The position numbers and the translations under genes are program-made. From the IMG/VR virus record IMGVR_UViG_3300022752_000018, positions 64,001 through 128,000 of that record: DNA of 64,000 bases; one strand, 5' to 3'. This stretch comes from a virus. Under the pieces are notes generated by a model. It searched no databases and was not told the DNA's origin. It was given only the letters and a program-made list of their open reading frames with translations. Numbering within the stretch: position 1 is the stretch's first letter; each line of letters begins with the position of its first letter. This document shows, in pieces, positions 19,483 through 31,500 of the stretch.

Positions 19483-20583
19483 TTAATTAAGTCCAGCTAG
19501 GCGACGGATATCAACGATGTTACTATCGGGTTCGCTGCTGTTTGTCTTTTGTGTGGTAACCTTGTTACCGGTAATTTCTTTTGCCTCTACAAGTGCCTGT
19601 CTTTTCTTAGTTAATCCTGTACTACCTTCTATAACTGTTGGTAGATACTTGTTAAAACTTTCTGTTAGTCGTGTTGTTTGAACGCTTTCTAAAAGTTCAC
19701 TCATAATTCCCTTTTGTTCTGCGCCTAGTGGAGCAAGCAACTCATTCATAAGTTCCTTACGCTTGGCAGCTTCTTTTAGACGACGAATTTCCATATCCTT
19801 GCTTTCTATGACTCTCTGTGCTTTAACTGCCACTGTATTAGCCATTGTTATGGCAGAGTCCTTCTTGTTTATAACCTTGAGCAATTTACTTGTTTCTGAT
19901 TTCTCATTTAAGTAGCTATTTTGGTATTCGTTACTAAATGCTTCAAAAATCTTACGACCAAAATCTGCTCTACGGGCTGATTCAATGTCCTCTTTGAGTT
20001 GTATAAGTTCATTGTTTAAACTATTTGTAACAACTTGTTCGACCATTACTGCGGCACGTTTGACAAATTCTTTCTTCATCTTACCTAGCTGTTGACGACC
20101 TTCCTTGATCAACTTGACCTTGGTATTAGCTAGATCTTTCTTATCTGCATAAAATTCAGCAATTTCATTAGCGAGAGCTTCTACTACAAATTCTTCTAGT
20201 TTAAAAAATTTGTTAGCCATAGACTTTTGATCTTCATGCAATTCATGTATTTCCTTAGCAAGACTGCGTGTAATAAATTCTCTTAATACACCACTATCTC
20301 GCTTCATCTTTATTGCATACTTGGCTTTAGCTTCAGCTAGTTGCTTACGATCTTCATTGAACTCTGCTATCTCGGGAGCTAACTGATCAGCGACCATTCT
20401 GTCAATGGCTTCGATCATTACTGTGCGATCATGCTCATAACGCTGAGCAAATTCTTCCCTTAATTGTTGTGTTAATTGTTCTCTATTTTCGGCAACACGA
20501 GCTTCCCATGCTTCCTCAATTTGAGTTCTAAGATCCTCGCTAATCACATTGTTTTCAAATAAGCTCTTTAATACATCCAACAT
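19483..20583 (-). CDS. gp22: Prohead core scaffolding protein
   Basis: Coiled-coil 366-aa protein between the protease and capsid genes (T4 21-22-23 synteny), ending in IRRLAGLN. Confidence 0.85.
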   Translation of the reverse strand: MLDVLKSLFENNVISEDLRTQIEEAWEARVAENREQLTQQLREEFAQRYEHDRTVMIEAIDRMVADQLAPEIAEFNEDRKQLAEAKAKYAIKMKRDSGVLREFITRSLAKEIHELHEDQKSMANKFFKLEEFVVEALANEIAEFYADKKDLANTKVKLIKEGRQQLGKMKKEFVKRAAVMVEQVVTNSLNNELIQLKEDIESARRADFGRKIFEAFSNEYQNSYLNEKSETSKLLKVINKKDSAITMANTVAVKAQRVIESKDMEIRRLKEAAKRKELMNELLAPLGAEQKGIMSELLESVQTTRLTESFNKYLPTVIEGSTGLTKKRQALVEAKEITGNKVTTQKTNSSEPDSNIVDIRRLAGLN

Positions 20584-20599
20584 TGTGATTCTCCTCTTG

Positions 20600-21226
20600 T
20601 TATCGGAGCTTGCCTATTATTCCTAATAGGCTCTCTTTAATGTACTTCTGTGCCTTGGCATCTTTCTTCACTTCCTCCGCTATGCGTAAGGCTCTAAGCC
20701 CACCACGATTATTCATCAAGTGTTCATAGATTGGTGTCGGATAAGCACCTGGCGCACTAGGTTGAGCTACCACATCCACTGTGATAATCTCAAAGTCACT
20801 GACCTTGCCAGTACCATCTCCACTGACATTGCCGGATCCTCTACTACTTACTCCCAACTTTACTCCACTTTCTAACATAGTACGCACTAGGTTACCCATG
20901 GGCGTTGGTAGTATTTTAAACTTTCCATAACCATTTGGACCGTCCATCCACATTTCTGTAATCATGTGGCTGACTCGGTCCAAATTAATTTTTAAATCAT
21001 CTGGATGATCTACTTCACCTAAAACGCTGTATCCTCCGGAAATTTGATCGTTCAAAGTTTTGACAGCTCTTTCGATCTCATCCACAGGATATATTCTCTG
21101 GTTGGCATTTTTGATGCCTCCTTGAATACAAATACCTTTCATATAAAGGTCTTTGCCGTTTTCCCCTTGACTTTCAACTACCACTCTCGCTTGATCGAAA
21201 GTCAAGTTTTCTCTTAAATAGTTCAT
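20600..21226 (-). CDS. gp21: Prohead core protease
   Basis: Motifs KNANQRIYP, GEVDHP (catalytic His) and GVSSRGSG (catalytic Ser), followed by DFEIITVDVVAQPSAPGAYP. Confidence 0.95.
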   Translation of the reverse strand: MNYLRENLTFDQARVVVESQGENGKDLYMKGICIQGGIKNANQRIYPVDEIERAVKTLNDQISGGYSVLGEVDHPDDLKINLDRVSHMITEMWMDGPNGYGKFKILPTPMGNLVRTMLESGVKLGVSSRGSGNVSGDGTGKVSDFEIITVDVVAQPSAPGAYPTPIYEHLMNNRGGLRALRIAEEVKKDAKAQKYIKESLLGIIGKLR

Positions 21227-21236
21227 CTAAATGTTT

Positions 21237-22259
21237 TTACTTGGCTCTTTTTGGTGCGCCATTGATTGGACTCTTAGTGTTGATACTTCCACCACCACCT
21301 ACGTTGCCCCCTGTACCGGCACCCCATGTCTTACCTTCTGCTTCACCTTTCTTCTCAGCTCCATGTCCAGGCTCTCGCTTCTTGAATGCTGTTTTGCCTG
21401 CTTTACCACCTGGAACATTGATGTTACCACCATCCTGTAATTGTGGCTTAGTCTGCTTGAAAACACCGTTACCTTCAATTGTGCTGCCTGCACCTACTTC
21501 CTTACCCTTATACTCACCACCATTTAAAATGTTGGCTGTTGTACCACCCATATCATTTTTCATATTGTCAATGATACTTTTAGTGTTGACACCATCATCA
21601 CCCATTTTACCCCAAGTGTTATAGTTGCCACCACCTACTTTCTCTACATATTCACGGATAAAGTCTTCATCTGTTTGTTTATCTTTTTTGGGAGGGGGAT
21701 CATCTTCATCTTCATCTTCGGGAGGGGGATCATCTTCGTCACGCTTCTCGAAGTACATGCTATCTTTTGTAGGTTCTTCTTCATCGCCCATGCCCATGTC
21801 GTCACCTTCTTCACCACCGCCTAAATCACCTAAGGCCGCCTCCAATTCATCTCTAATAGCTTCTAATTCAGATTCTATATCATCAACACGGTCAGCAAGA
21901 TCACCTTCATCACCCATATCACCCATGTCGCCACCCATATCGTCATCACCTAGGTGACCTAGGTGATGACCTTCTTCATCACCGGCTTCAACATCACCTA
22001 ACATGTCGTCTGTTTCGTCACCACCAAAGGCTTCTTCTTCTGGTGGAGGCATCATACCCATATTTTCATCTACATCATCATCATCAGGATCGTGATGTGA
22101 CTCCGTAGTATCATCATCTTCGAATTCTTCGGCTAATAAATTTTCATATATTTCACGACTTTTTGCTACCACAATATCGTGAAATAATTCTCTTGCTTTA
22201 GTTTCTTCATCATTGATAAGATACTCTAGCATCTGTTCGAACTTTGAACGATCTCCCAT
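21237..22259 (-). CDS. Highly acidic prohead core/internal protein (gp67/gp68 position)
   Basis: 340 aa with D/E/G/M-rich low complexity, AGGAG SD and a late promoter at 22294-22301. Immediately upstream of gp21. Confidence 0.6.
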   Translation of the reverse strand: MGDRSKFEQMLEYLINDEETKARELFHDIVVAKSREIYENLLAEEFEDDDTTESHHDPDDDDVDENMGMMPPPEEEAFGGDETDDMLGDVEAGDEEGHHLGHLGDDDMGGDMGDMGDEGDLADRVDDIESELEAIRDELEAALGDLGGGEEGDDMGMGDEEEPTKDSMYFEKRDEDDPPPEDEDEDDPPPKKDKQTDEDFIREYVEKVGGGNYNTWGKMGDDGVNTKSIIDNMKNDMGGTTANILNGGEYKGKEVGAGSTIEGNGVFKQTKPQLQDGGNINVPGGKAGKTAFKKREPGHGAEKKGEAEGKTWGAGTGGNVGGGGSINTKSPINGAPKRAK

Positions 22260-22293
22260 GTTGTTCTCCTATAGGTAATGAGCTGTCAACTAT

Positions 22294-22301
22294 TATTTAC
22301 A
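22294..22301 (-). promoter_or_regulatory. T4-type late promoter (TGTAAATA)
   Basis: Upstream of the core-gp21-gp22-gp23 operon. Confidence 0.65.
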
Positions 22302-22336
22302 TATATTTCTTAAAAAGCACTGAAAACAACTAAAAA

Positions 22337-22924
22337 TTAACGAATTTGTTTCCATTTACTCATTATTTTGTATAATTCTTCATATGTAATTTCCTTGTAA
22401 TTATCATACTTCCATTTTGGTTCATAAAAATTTGGTATTGTTACTCTAATAAATTGTATATCTGAATTATCCTTAATTACTTTCTCAGTTTGTTTATACC
22501 AATTTCCGTAATAAGTCTTTGAATCTTTACTACTTTTATAGTTCTTAGTATCGGCATAAACATTATTAAGTTTACCTTCTAACCCTTCAAAATCAAAACC
22601 AAAAATATAAATTTCATTAGGTTTATAGCTCGCAGATAAAAATAAAGCAGTTGGTCCGCTACTCCAACCTAAATTTTCATCTATAAAATTAAAGTTTTGA
22701 TGTGTGGACTTATATGGAAAAGGCCATGTCCAAACTTGATTGGTGATTTGATATTGATTATTATTAATCTCATCAATCATTTTACGATCTACCGCCACTA
22801 AAAAATCTGGCTTGTATTCCCTATATACAGCATTACAAGCGTAGATTAGGCCATATGGCCTTACATCATCGAAATTTATATTCAATCGTGTTCGTCCATT
22901 TCCGAACACGAAATTCTTTCTCAT
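22337..22924 (-). CDS. MptE/Maf-like (GT29-like Rossmann fold) protein
   Basis: Motifs FVFGNGRTR...YACNAVYRE..PDFLVAVD and WSSGPTAL...IYIFGFDF, a pattern seen in MptE-like/sialyltransferase-like domains. Confidence 0.5.
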   Translation of the reverse strand: MRKNFVFGNGRTRLNINFDDVRPYGLIYACNAVYREYKPDFLVAVDRKMIDEINNNQYQITNQVWTWPFPYKSTHQNFNFIDENLGWSSGPTALFLSASYKPNEIYIFGFDFEGLEGKLNNVYADTKNYKSSKDSKTYYGNWYKQTEKVIKDNSDIQFIRVTIPNFYEPKWKYDNYKEITYEELYKIMSKWKQIR

Positions 22925-23517
22925 AGTGGTTTACGACGACACATCCAAGCTACTTGTTGAAATTCATCACGCATATAATCTACTAATTGATTACGATCTA
23001 TGGTTTCTTGTATATCAGCATCTGTTATCTCACACCAATTCCATATACGATGATTGATAGCTTCTTCAAAATACTCAACATTTCTAACATAATCATGAGC
23101 CATAATAAAGTCTCCTGGCTTTAAATAATCTGTAAGCAAATTTACTTCCATTTTCTTTAAACCACCATCACACATTAAAACTGTAGTGCCTGGTCGTTGT
23201 AAATTTGAAACAATTTCATCTTTATTACTGTCACGAATATTCTGATAATCATCCGTAAAAAGATTACAAATTCTTACTAAAATACCCTCATTGCTTAACA
23301 TTGAATACCATCCTTGTGGATGTAGTTCATAACTGATCATTTGATAATCATGACCAACTTCTTTTAAAATTCTGTTTAGTGCTAGGCTTGTAGCACCTTG
23401 TCCTATACCAATTTCAATTACTGTTGTAGGTTTTACTTCATTGAAAAAAGTACGAAAAGGATGCTGAAAATTCTCGTGCTGTTGGCATACTAGGCCATCA
23501 ATAGGTGCGTGTATCAT
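22921..23517 (-). CDS. Class I SAM-dependent methyltransferase (CmcI/Methyltransf_24-like)
   Basis: VIEIGIGQG (SAM motif I), LMCDGG and LKPGDFIMAHDY. Confidence 0.75.
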   Translation of the reverse strand: MIHAPIDGLVCQQHENFQHPFRTFFNEVKPTTVIEIGIGQGATSLALNRILKEVGHDYQMISYELHPQGWYSMLSNEGILVRICNLFTDDYQNIRDSNKDEIVSNLQRPGTTVLMCDGGLKKMEVNLLTDYLKPGDFIMAHDYVRNVEYFEEAINHRIWNWCEITDADIQETIDRNQLVDYMRDEFQQVAWMCRRKPL

Positions 23518-23536
23518 ATTTGTCCTTTATAAATGA

Positions 23537-23779
23537 TTAAGCAGCGGGCGCAGCAGGTGTAGTACCATACATTTTTTGAATGAATTCCATTTCTTCTTCA
23601 GTTTCTAAAATGTGCGATTCTGATGCTTTACGTAAATCATTTATCTGTTTTAGAGTCAATCTTGTTTTTCTTGTATCGCCACGCTGTAATTCATCTAAAT
23701 CACGTGCTGAGTCAAATCTAAAATCATTACTGATTTTATTTGTTTCAGGATTAAGATAGAAAAGTTCTCTAAGGATCAT
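23537..23779 (-). CDS. Small hypothetical late protein downstream of portal (80 aa)
   Basis: Start moved to ATG 23779 (MILRELFY...), directly after the late promoter at 23784-23791. The track start overlaps the portal gene. Confidence 0.6.
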   Translation of the reverse strand: MILRELFYLNPETNKISNDFRFDSARDLDELQRGDTRKTRLTLKQINDLRKASESHILETEEEMEFIQKMYGTTPAAPAA

Positions 23780-23783
23780 ATTG

Positions 23784-23791
23784 TATTTATT
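23784..23791 (-). promoter_or_regulatory. T4-type late promoter (AATAAATA)
   Basis: At the portal stop, 4 nt before ATG 23779, which suggests a leaderless transcript. Confidence 0.6.
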
Positions 23792-25517
23792 ACATTGGTG
23801 CTGCTGGTGCTGTAACACCTAAGCCTGTATCAGTTCCTGGAGGCATTTGTCCAGGCATTCCAGCTGTCATATCTTCTGGTGCTGTAGTATCGCTTGCCAT
23901 CTCAAGATCGCTGTCAATACCAGCTGCACTTAGGCCTGCACCACGAAGTTCACCACTTGAGTCAGTACCAGTTATTGGTGCTAATCCCTTCTCTTGACGC
24001 CATAGATTTTCATTTTCTGCTATTTCTTCTTCACTTAAACCTAGGAATCTTTTTAAGGCAAAGCGTTTACTTATATATGGCACCTGTTGTATGGTATTAA
24101 ATGTATTAATTCGTTGTCCATCCATCTCACTTTGACGATAGCTGGCAAAGTTTAAAGGTGGCTGAAATTTTAATTCAAATAGACTTGTATCAATGTTTAC
24201 ACCTTTATAGTGTAAAAACCTCTTAAATTCCTCATCAAATATACTGGTTAATAGACTTTGTAGTCTAATACAATAATTATTAAAACGTAATTCCTGAATA
24301 TAAGCAGTGCCTACACGACCATCGTTATATTGTTGTTGTCCATCATCTGGACCGCTAGGTAAGTAACTACTGGGTATACGAAGGGCTCTAAATAATTTGT
24401 TAGTAAAATACCTTAAATCGTCAATTTCACCAAGATTAGTGCCCCCTGCTAGAGTATCAACCTTACTACCCCTGCCTCCTTCAGTTTGTGGAAAGAAATA
24501 ATCTTCACCTATACTCAAAGGATTATAAGCACTGTCAATTATATTAGATCCACCACCATTTTGACTGGGAATACGTCGTTGATGTATTTCATTTTTGACA
24601 CGCTCTACAAAGCTCATAGCCATATGACTGGGCATATTTCCTACATCAATATAGAAAATCCTACGCTCTGGGGCACGTTGTATACGATAGATTAAAATAG
24701 CATCTTCTAATAATTCTTTTTGTTTATAGACTTTAAACACTTGTTCGAGCAAACTATTACCAAATGGATAATTGTTATCTAATCCTTCGCTCAAACTTAA
24801 ATGTACCACATGAGCAGCATCAATTGCCATCTCATTTTCGTTTAAACTGAACCTATCACCATATTGCGTTGGGTACGCTCCTGTTGCTCCTCGAGCCATT
24901 CCACCACCGGCAATATAATTGCTACCTCTACTGTTGGTTTGATGAGGACTTTGCTGAATCTGTGTAGCTACAAGATTTTTAAAATTGGGATTTAGATCCC
25001 TAATTACATACTGTTCTGGTCTTTTACCATCACTTTCATTAACGATAATTTTAACCATCTTACTTGAATCAACATAAAACCATTTTTGTGTTTCTGGATC
25101 ACGAATAAACCAACTATCACCAAATTTAAAAGTATTTCTTACTATGCGGAAAAATCTTGTATCAAATTGTTGAAGCTTAAACCATTTTTGTAGGTACTCT
25201 TTTAACACTCGAATTTCAGTGTTTGTTGCTCTATCTTTAAAATTTAATGTAAATGTAGTATTATTTTCTTTATTTTTTTGAGTACAAAACTCAGCCAATA
25301 TATCTAAAGCGCCTGTTACTTCTGGATCCATATCCATAGTATCATACTGCATGTATCTTTCAATTCTGTTTGGGGTGCCTGTATAAATGTCAGGTAGAAA
25401 ACTGCTATAATTTGTACGTGCTGGCCCAGGGTTATTACCATTTCTATTAGTCAATGGACTTATATTACCAAATTGGTCATTTGTGCTCACAGGAGTGAAA
25501 TATCTTCGCCAACTCAT
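23790..25517 (-). CDS. gp20: Portal vertex protein
   Basis: Motifs EDAILIYRIQRAPERRIFYIDVGNMP, EDYFFPQTEGGRGSKVDTLAGG and YFTNKLFRALRIPSSYL. Confidence 0.95.
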   Translation of the reverse strand: MSWRRYFTPVSTNDQFGNISPLTNRNGNNPGPARTNYSSFLPDIYTGTPNRIERYMQYDTMDMDPEVTGALDILAEFCTQKNKENNTTFTLNFKDRATNTEIRVLKEYLQKWFKLQQFDTRFFRIVRNTFKFGDSWFIRDPETQKWFYVDSSKMVKIIVNESDGKRPEQYVIRDLNPNFKNLVATQIQQSPHQTNSRGSNYIAGGGMARGATGAYPTQYGDRFSLNENEMAIDAAHVVHLSLSEGLDNNYPFGNSLLEQVFKVYKQKELLEDAILIYRIQRAPERRIFYIDVGNMPSHMAMSFVERVKNEIHQRRIPSQNGGGSNIIDSAYNPLSIGEDYFFPQTEGGRGSKVDTLAGGTNLGEIDDLRYFTNKLFRALRIPSSYLPSGPDDGQQQYNDGRVGTAYIQELRFNNYCIRLQSLLTSIFDEEFKRFLHYKGVNIDTSLFELKFQPPLNFASYRQSEMDGQRINTFNTIQQVPYISKRFALKRFLGLSEEEIAENENLWRQEKGLAPITGTDSSGELRGAGLSAAGIDSDLEMASDTTAPEDMTAGMPGQMPPGTDTGLGVTAPAAPM

Positions 25518-25530
25518 ATATTATACCTTA

Positions 25531-28500
25531 TTATACATTGAAAAGATTACCATTAAGGTTCTTTGTTGCTTGTATCTGCTGTCTACTAGATTCTTCGACT
25601 TTGTTAGTTAATCTTCCTATATTCATATTTAACTGATCAAGACTTTTAACTACGTCGTCTAGAGTTTTAGTCTGCTTACCAGGTGTAGTTGAACCTGATT
25701 CAGATTTTTTTCCTTGATCCTTATCTATCTTATTGTCCACTGCTCTAACAGTGGCTTGTGTAGCTTTTTTATCTTCTTGTTTCGTTTTCTCTCTTTCTGC
25801 TTGAGCTCCACTAGCATGAGTTTGACCTTGTACTTTAGCCTTAGGGACAGGCATTCCATCAGATCCTAATGTAAACATTCCCATGTCAATTTTACTGTAC
25901 TGGGGTTTAGAACTAGGCTCAGATTTAGCCGAAGGATTAGCCTGAGGTAAAGTTTTTTGTAGTGACGCCATGGCTTCTGCTACATTGGCATCACCTGTTC
26001 TTGACTCTTGTTGGGGTGGTGGAGGTTCAGCATAATCTATGCCTGCTACACTGGCATCACCTGGTCCAGCAGCAAAGGCAGCATCATCTGCCATAGGATT
26101 CATAGTCTCTGGCAGTTGTGATGAAAAATCTTTTAGTGCTTGGCTTACATAATCATCCTCATCTTCAGCAAAGGCTGGATCCATTTTACCACCAATGGCA
26201 TCACCACCTTGACCATATTCATCTTCCTCAAATTCTTTTAACCCTATAATTTGATCAGCAAAATCTTTCATTGCAAGACTAATATAATCTTTTTCTGGTT
26301 CTTCAGGTAATACTACATCTTCACCACCTTGACCATATTCATCTTCAGCAAAGGCACTATCCATTGATCCTTCACCCTGCTGTGCTTCATTAGCCTCTAG
26401 CATTTGACTATCTGTTAATCCTTGTACTTGATCAGCAAAATCTTTCATTGCAAGACTAATATAATCTTTTTCTGGTTCTTCAGGTAATACTACATCTTCA
26501 CCACCTTGACCATATTCATCTTCCTCAAATTCATCACGCTCTGGCATATCAAACAAAGCGGTTGCTTCTTGCATAAAGGCATCTTGTGCTTCTGCTGCTG
26601 CTTCACTGGGCATATCAAATAATGTGTTAATTTGTTGCATGAATGTATCTTGTGCGTTTATCGCAGCATCAGTCATTCCGCCTACACTTTCCAATTGTGC
26701 CTTATTAGCTTTTTCTGTTTGTTCTAAAATTTTATTATCAGATTCTTTTTTAGCTATCCCAAGTGCTTCATCTAATTCTTTTTGTTGTTCTAGATTAGAT
26801 TTAAGATTATTCTGAGCTCTTATTACACCGTTTTCTGCTAATTTTAACTGAGCCTGTTCTTCTTCTGTTAGTGCCCTTTCACTAGCCAGAGCCTTTAGTC
26901 CATCCACTTCACCTTGACGCTCTAATAGTCTTTCTTCAATTTCTGTTCTTCTCTCTGCCAATTTGTTCATTTCTTCAGTCTTGTCTCTCATACCTTGAAC
27001 TGGCAGTGCTTCCTTCATATCCTCTTTGATTTTTTCACTATTAGACTTAACTTCTTCCTTAGCATCAGTTAATGGCGAAAAAATTGCCTTACCCATTTCT
27101 TTGCTTATATTTTCTGCTTCCCTGTAGGCCTCTTTCATTTCCTTATTGGCATTTTTATAAGCTTCACTACCTTCAATTTCTTCTTTGCTCTTGCCTTCTC
27201 GCTGGCCTTTAGACATCATAGTGTCCATAGCTGCGCTTGCCTTATCTCCTCTTTCAATGGCACTTTCCTTGTCCTTACCTAATTGAGAAATTTTGGCATC
27301 TCTTTCTGCTCTACGTTTGTTAATTTCTTCTTCTTGTTTTTTCTGATCTTCATCGCCAATTAGATTGCGATCAACTGTTTTTTCCTCTCTATCTATGACC
27401 TGTTTTGGTTGTATTTGATTAGGCAACATTTCCTGCATACTTGTTACATCATTCTTAACTTTTTCAGTATTGGATTTAGGTTCACCCTTAGACTCAGTCA
27501 TTGGTTCTGTTATGGCCTTGCCTAATTCTTTGCCTGCTTCAGTTTGATCTTTAAATATAGCTTGATTAGATTCTTCTATTATTCCTCTTCGTGACTTTTC
27601 CGCTACCTCAAAAGCCTTAAGATCTGATTGTTGTATTTTTTTAATTTCTTCAGACTTAGCTATTTCCCTTTTTTCTTCTTCAAGTCTATTCTTTTCTCTA
27701 TTGGTTAACCCTTGCTCATTAGCTTTCTTTTCTAATTCCTGTACTCTAGCCGTGCGTTCTGCTATATTTTCTTCTTCGCTTTCAATAATTCGTTTGGCAT
27801 TCTTTTTCCTAGTTTCCAACATTGCTTCATTATCGTTAGCAACGAACTGTAAAGTTTTCTTACCATGCTCATCTAAACTTTCTGAAGCCTTAGCCAAATT
27901 GCTTTCAAACTCTTTTGGTTGAGGATATTCTACTCCTTTATAGGCCTCACCTAATGATTTAACTTCCTGTAAAGGTAAAGCATCTTTCATATCCTTCTTT
28001 ATTACTTCAGCTGTATCTTTTGACAGTGCCTGCTTTCTAGTCTGTAATTCCTTTTCAAAATTGTAACCTTGATCTTCCATCTTACGCTTAGTTTCATCAA
28101 CTTCTCTGAAATAGCCTAACTGCTCAGATGCCTTATTTCTTCTTTCTACATATGCTTTCTCCTCTGCCTCTAATCTCTTAAATTCTTCGTCATGTTTTTC
28201 CTGACCTTTCTTGCCTTCAGCTTCATATCTTTCCTCTATGGCCAGTAATTGTTTTTCTCTCTCTTTAAATCCTTTATTGGCTAAATCATATTCTTCTTGA
28301 TATTTTTGTTTTTTAGCTTCCCTTTCCTGTTGATTTAAACTTAGTATTTCATTTAAACCTTCTTTATTAACATTTCTCTTTTCTGTAGCATTATCAACAT
28401 AAGACTTTAAAACAAATTGTCCTGGATCAACTTGTTGTGGACTGGCTACAGATTTTTCTTGTATTCCTTGTATAGGTATATTTTCTGCTACTACATTTTT

Positions 28501-31500
28501 AGTTTGTTCGGCTGATGTTAATTGTTGACCTTGTTTTTTATAATCTTCTAAATTAGCAGCACTGATGGCTACTTCTTGATCTGCTTGTGCTTTTATATTT
28601 TTTTGAAAAGCTAATTCATTTTGTTCACGTTTAGTAAGAGTTTCGGTAGCGGCTTTTTTCTCTAAATCAGTAATTTTTTGAGCAGCTTCGTCTCTAGATT
28701 TAGTCCAATGATCGTTATAATCTTGTTCAACTTTAATCTTAAATTTATTATTTTCCTGTGCTAGATTAATAGCCTCCTGCCCTGATTTTTTAACATCATC
28801 TAATTCTTTAGTCTTAAAACCAGTGACTATTTGTGATTGCTCAGTGCTGATTTTCTTTATAGATTCATTAGTTTCGGCACGTTTATTAACTTCCCATGTA
28901 GTACCTTCTTCTATACGTTTTCTTAATGCTTCAACTTGCGGCCTAAATTCATTATCTAAATCTTTTCCTTGTTGACTTTCTTTTACCGCCCTACGGACAT
29001 CACTAAACTTTGCATCAGGACCTAGCTGCTCTTTCATTTGAGCATACAATTCCCTTTGTTTAGACATATGTTGACCTAAAACTTTACTCAATTCCTGATC
29101 TGCCGCTTTGGCATCATCTGTCTTAAATTGTTTACCTTCTGTTACTGATCCACCTGAAGTTGCCTTTTCTATAAGATCTGTTTTCTTGTAAACTACTCCT
29201 GTCATAAGACTATTCATTGTTTGTTCTAGTCTTGCTTTACTGGCCTCCATTTCCCTGATAACTGCTTGACCTTCTTTACTATCAGGATCAAAAGGTTTAC
29301 CATCTATTGATACAGAAGTTTCTTGATTCTTTTTTGTTTCTTTACTAATTTCTTGTAGATTTGTTCGTGTAAGATCCGTTAGACCTTTCATAGAGCTTTC
29401 TATGTTTGATCTAGTTGTTTCTAATTGCTTAATTGCTGCTTGACCTTCTTTGCTATTAGGATCAACAGATTTACCATCTATTGTTACCGTTGTTTTTTGA
29501 TTATTTTTAACTTCCTTAAAGATTTCCTGTAAATTTAATCTTGAACTATCTTGAAGATTGGTTCTTGCAGGATCTTGGACTGCTGTTTTTGTCAAGTTTA
29601 ACATATTACTCATGGAATTTTCTATGTTTAATTTCATAGATTCCATTTGTTTTATAGCAGCTTGACCTTCTTTGCTATTAGGATCAACAGGTTTACCATC
29701 TATTGATACAGATGTTTTTTGATTATTTTTTATTTCCTTACTAATTTCTTGTAGATTTGTTCGTGTAAGATCCGTTAGACCTTTCATAGAGCTTTCTATA
29801 TTTGATCTAGTTGTTTCTAATTGCTTAATTGCTGCTTGACCTTCTTTGCTATTAGGATCTACTTGTTTGCCATTTACAATAACTTCCTGCGTTTGAGTCT
29901 TGGATACATTAGTCTTAGGGGTTGTAGGAGCTATTTCAGATAATAATCTGTTTTGTGCTGATTCAGTACGACTTTTTTCCACAAGATCACGCATTTTCTG
30001 TTCAGCTGCGGGGCCTTCACGTATACCTGCGATCTTAACTTTTAATTCTTCATCTCGCCACTTTTGTAATTCATCATTACGTTTCTTTTCAGTAGCATAT
30101 TCTTGTCTTGCTATCCTTTCAGCAGTTTCACCTTTTTCAGCACCTATCTTTTTGAAATGTTCTTCTAATTCAGCATCTTGTTTCTTGATTTTTTCTGCAT
30201 TAGATAATGGTTTTTTAGATTCTACTGTGGTTTCTTTAGCTGTTGTTGGCTTAGTTTCTGGTGCTTTGGTTGTTGTAGCAGGCTTAGTTTCTGTGGGTTT
30301 GTCCGTAGGTTTTGCTTCACTTGGGCCTTTAACTTCAACTTTGCTAATTAAATTTTTTGGCCAGTTTTGAACTTCTACCTTACTAATAGTAGTCTTTATA
30401 TCATTACTAATCTTAGTTAAATCTATGCCTTTGGATGTTTTATCTTGTCCGGCAAGAACACTTTTCATTTGGTTAAATGCTACACCGGCGCCTTCTTGAC
30501 TCAGTCCTTTTGCCATATTCATCATTTGGTCTGGCCTTACTACTGCTTCCATACCATGTAGTTCTGCTAGTGTCCCTTTACCCCAATTTTCAAATAGCAT
30601 ACCTGCTTCACCTATACTACCACCTTCACGCTTAGGTGGTGGGGGCTGAGTCTGTGATTCTTCTTTTGCTTTTGGTTTTACTTCTTCCTTTCTTAGTGCT
30701 GCTATTTCATCGAGTGTTTTTTGTAACTTGGGTATGTATTCGCCAATCTTTGTAGCAAGACCAGATATTCCTTGATCTATTCCTTTAACTGCTTTAAAAA
30801 ATCCTGCCTTTTCTAATTCTGCAGGTATTATGGCACCAATATTATCTGCATCTTTTCCTTTTTTATCTGCATATTGTTTAGCTAGTTCATCAATTGATTT
30901 ACCTTTGTCACCTCCAGGAACAGTTCTAGCGACATCTTGTAGTTGTCCCATCACACCGGTAGGTCTGCCTTTGGCATCCCTTTCACCGCTATTTTGTAAA
31001 ATTCTTCCTGCTGTAGATATAAGACCAGCTCTTACATCTTCAATAGTTCTTGTAGTAGTAACTAATATTTCTGTTAGAGGTTCTCTAGCAGCTTGTTCTT
31101 TGACTATGGCCTGACGTTGTGCCTCCATGGCTTCCCTAACATCGTTAGTCTTTTCCATAAACTTTTGAAGACCTTGATAGGCAGTATCATTCTTTTCAAT
31201 ATTTTTAATAATTAACTTGGCAGCATCGCCCACACCTGTAGCAGCTATAGTGTTTAAGGCTACGTTCTTCTGATTTTCCATATTGGCCACTTGTGCTTGC
31301 TTCATGCTTTCACTAGCAAGTGCAGTTTGGCCTTCACCCAATAATTTGGCACTTTCAGCTGTCTTACGAGCAGCATCGCCAAAGATTCCTAAAGATAGTT
31401 GAGCTTCTTTTGTAGTTGCTGTTTGAGAAGCAAAATATTCTTTAAACAGTTGGCCCTGACCCATGGCCTCGGCCTTGATATATTCTTGCGCGAACTTCTC

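Noticed and set aside
21241-21957. Plus-strand Pro/Ser-rich ORFs (127 and 110 aa)
   Set aside because: They are antisense to the low-complexity acidic core gene; the composition is an artefact of the GAT/GAA/GGT runs.
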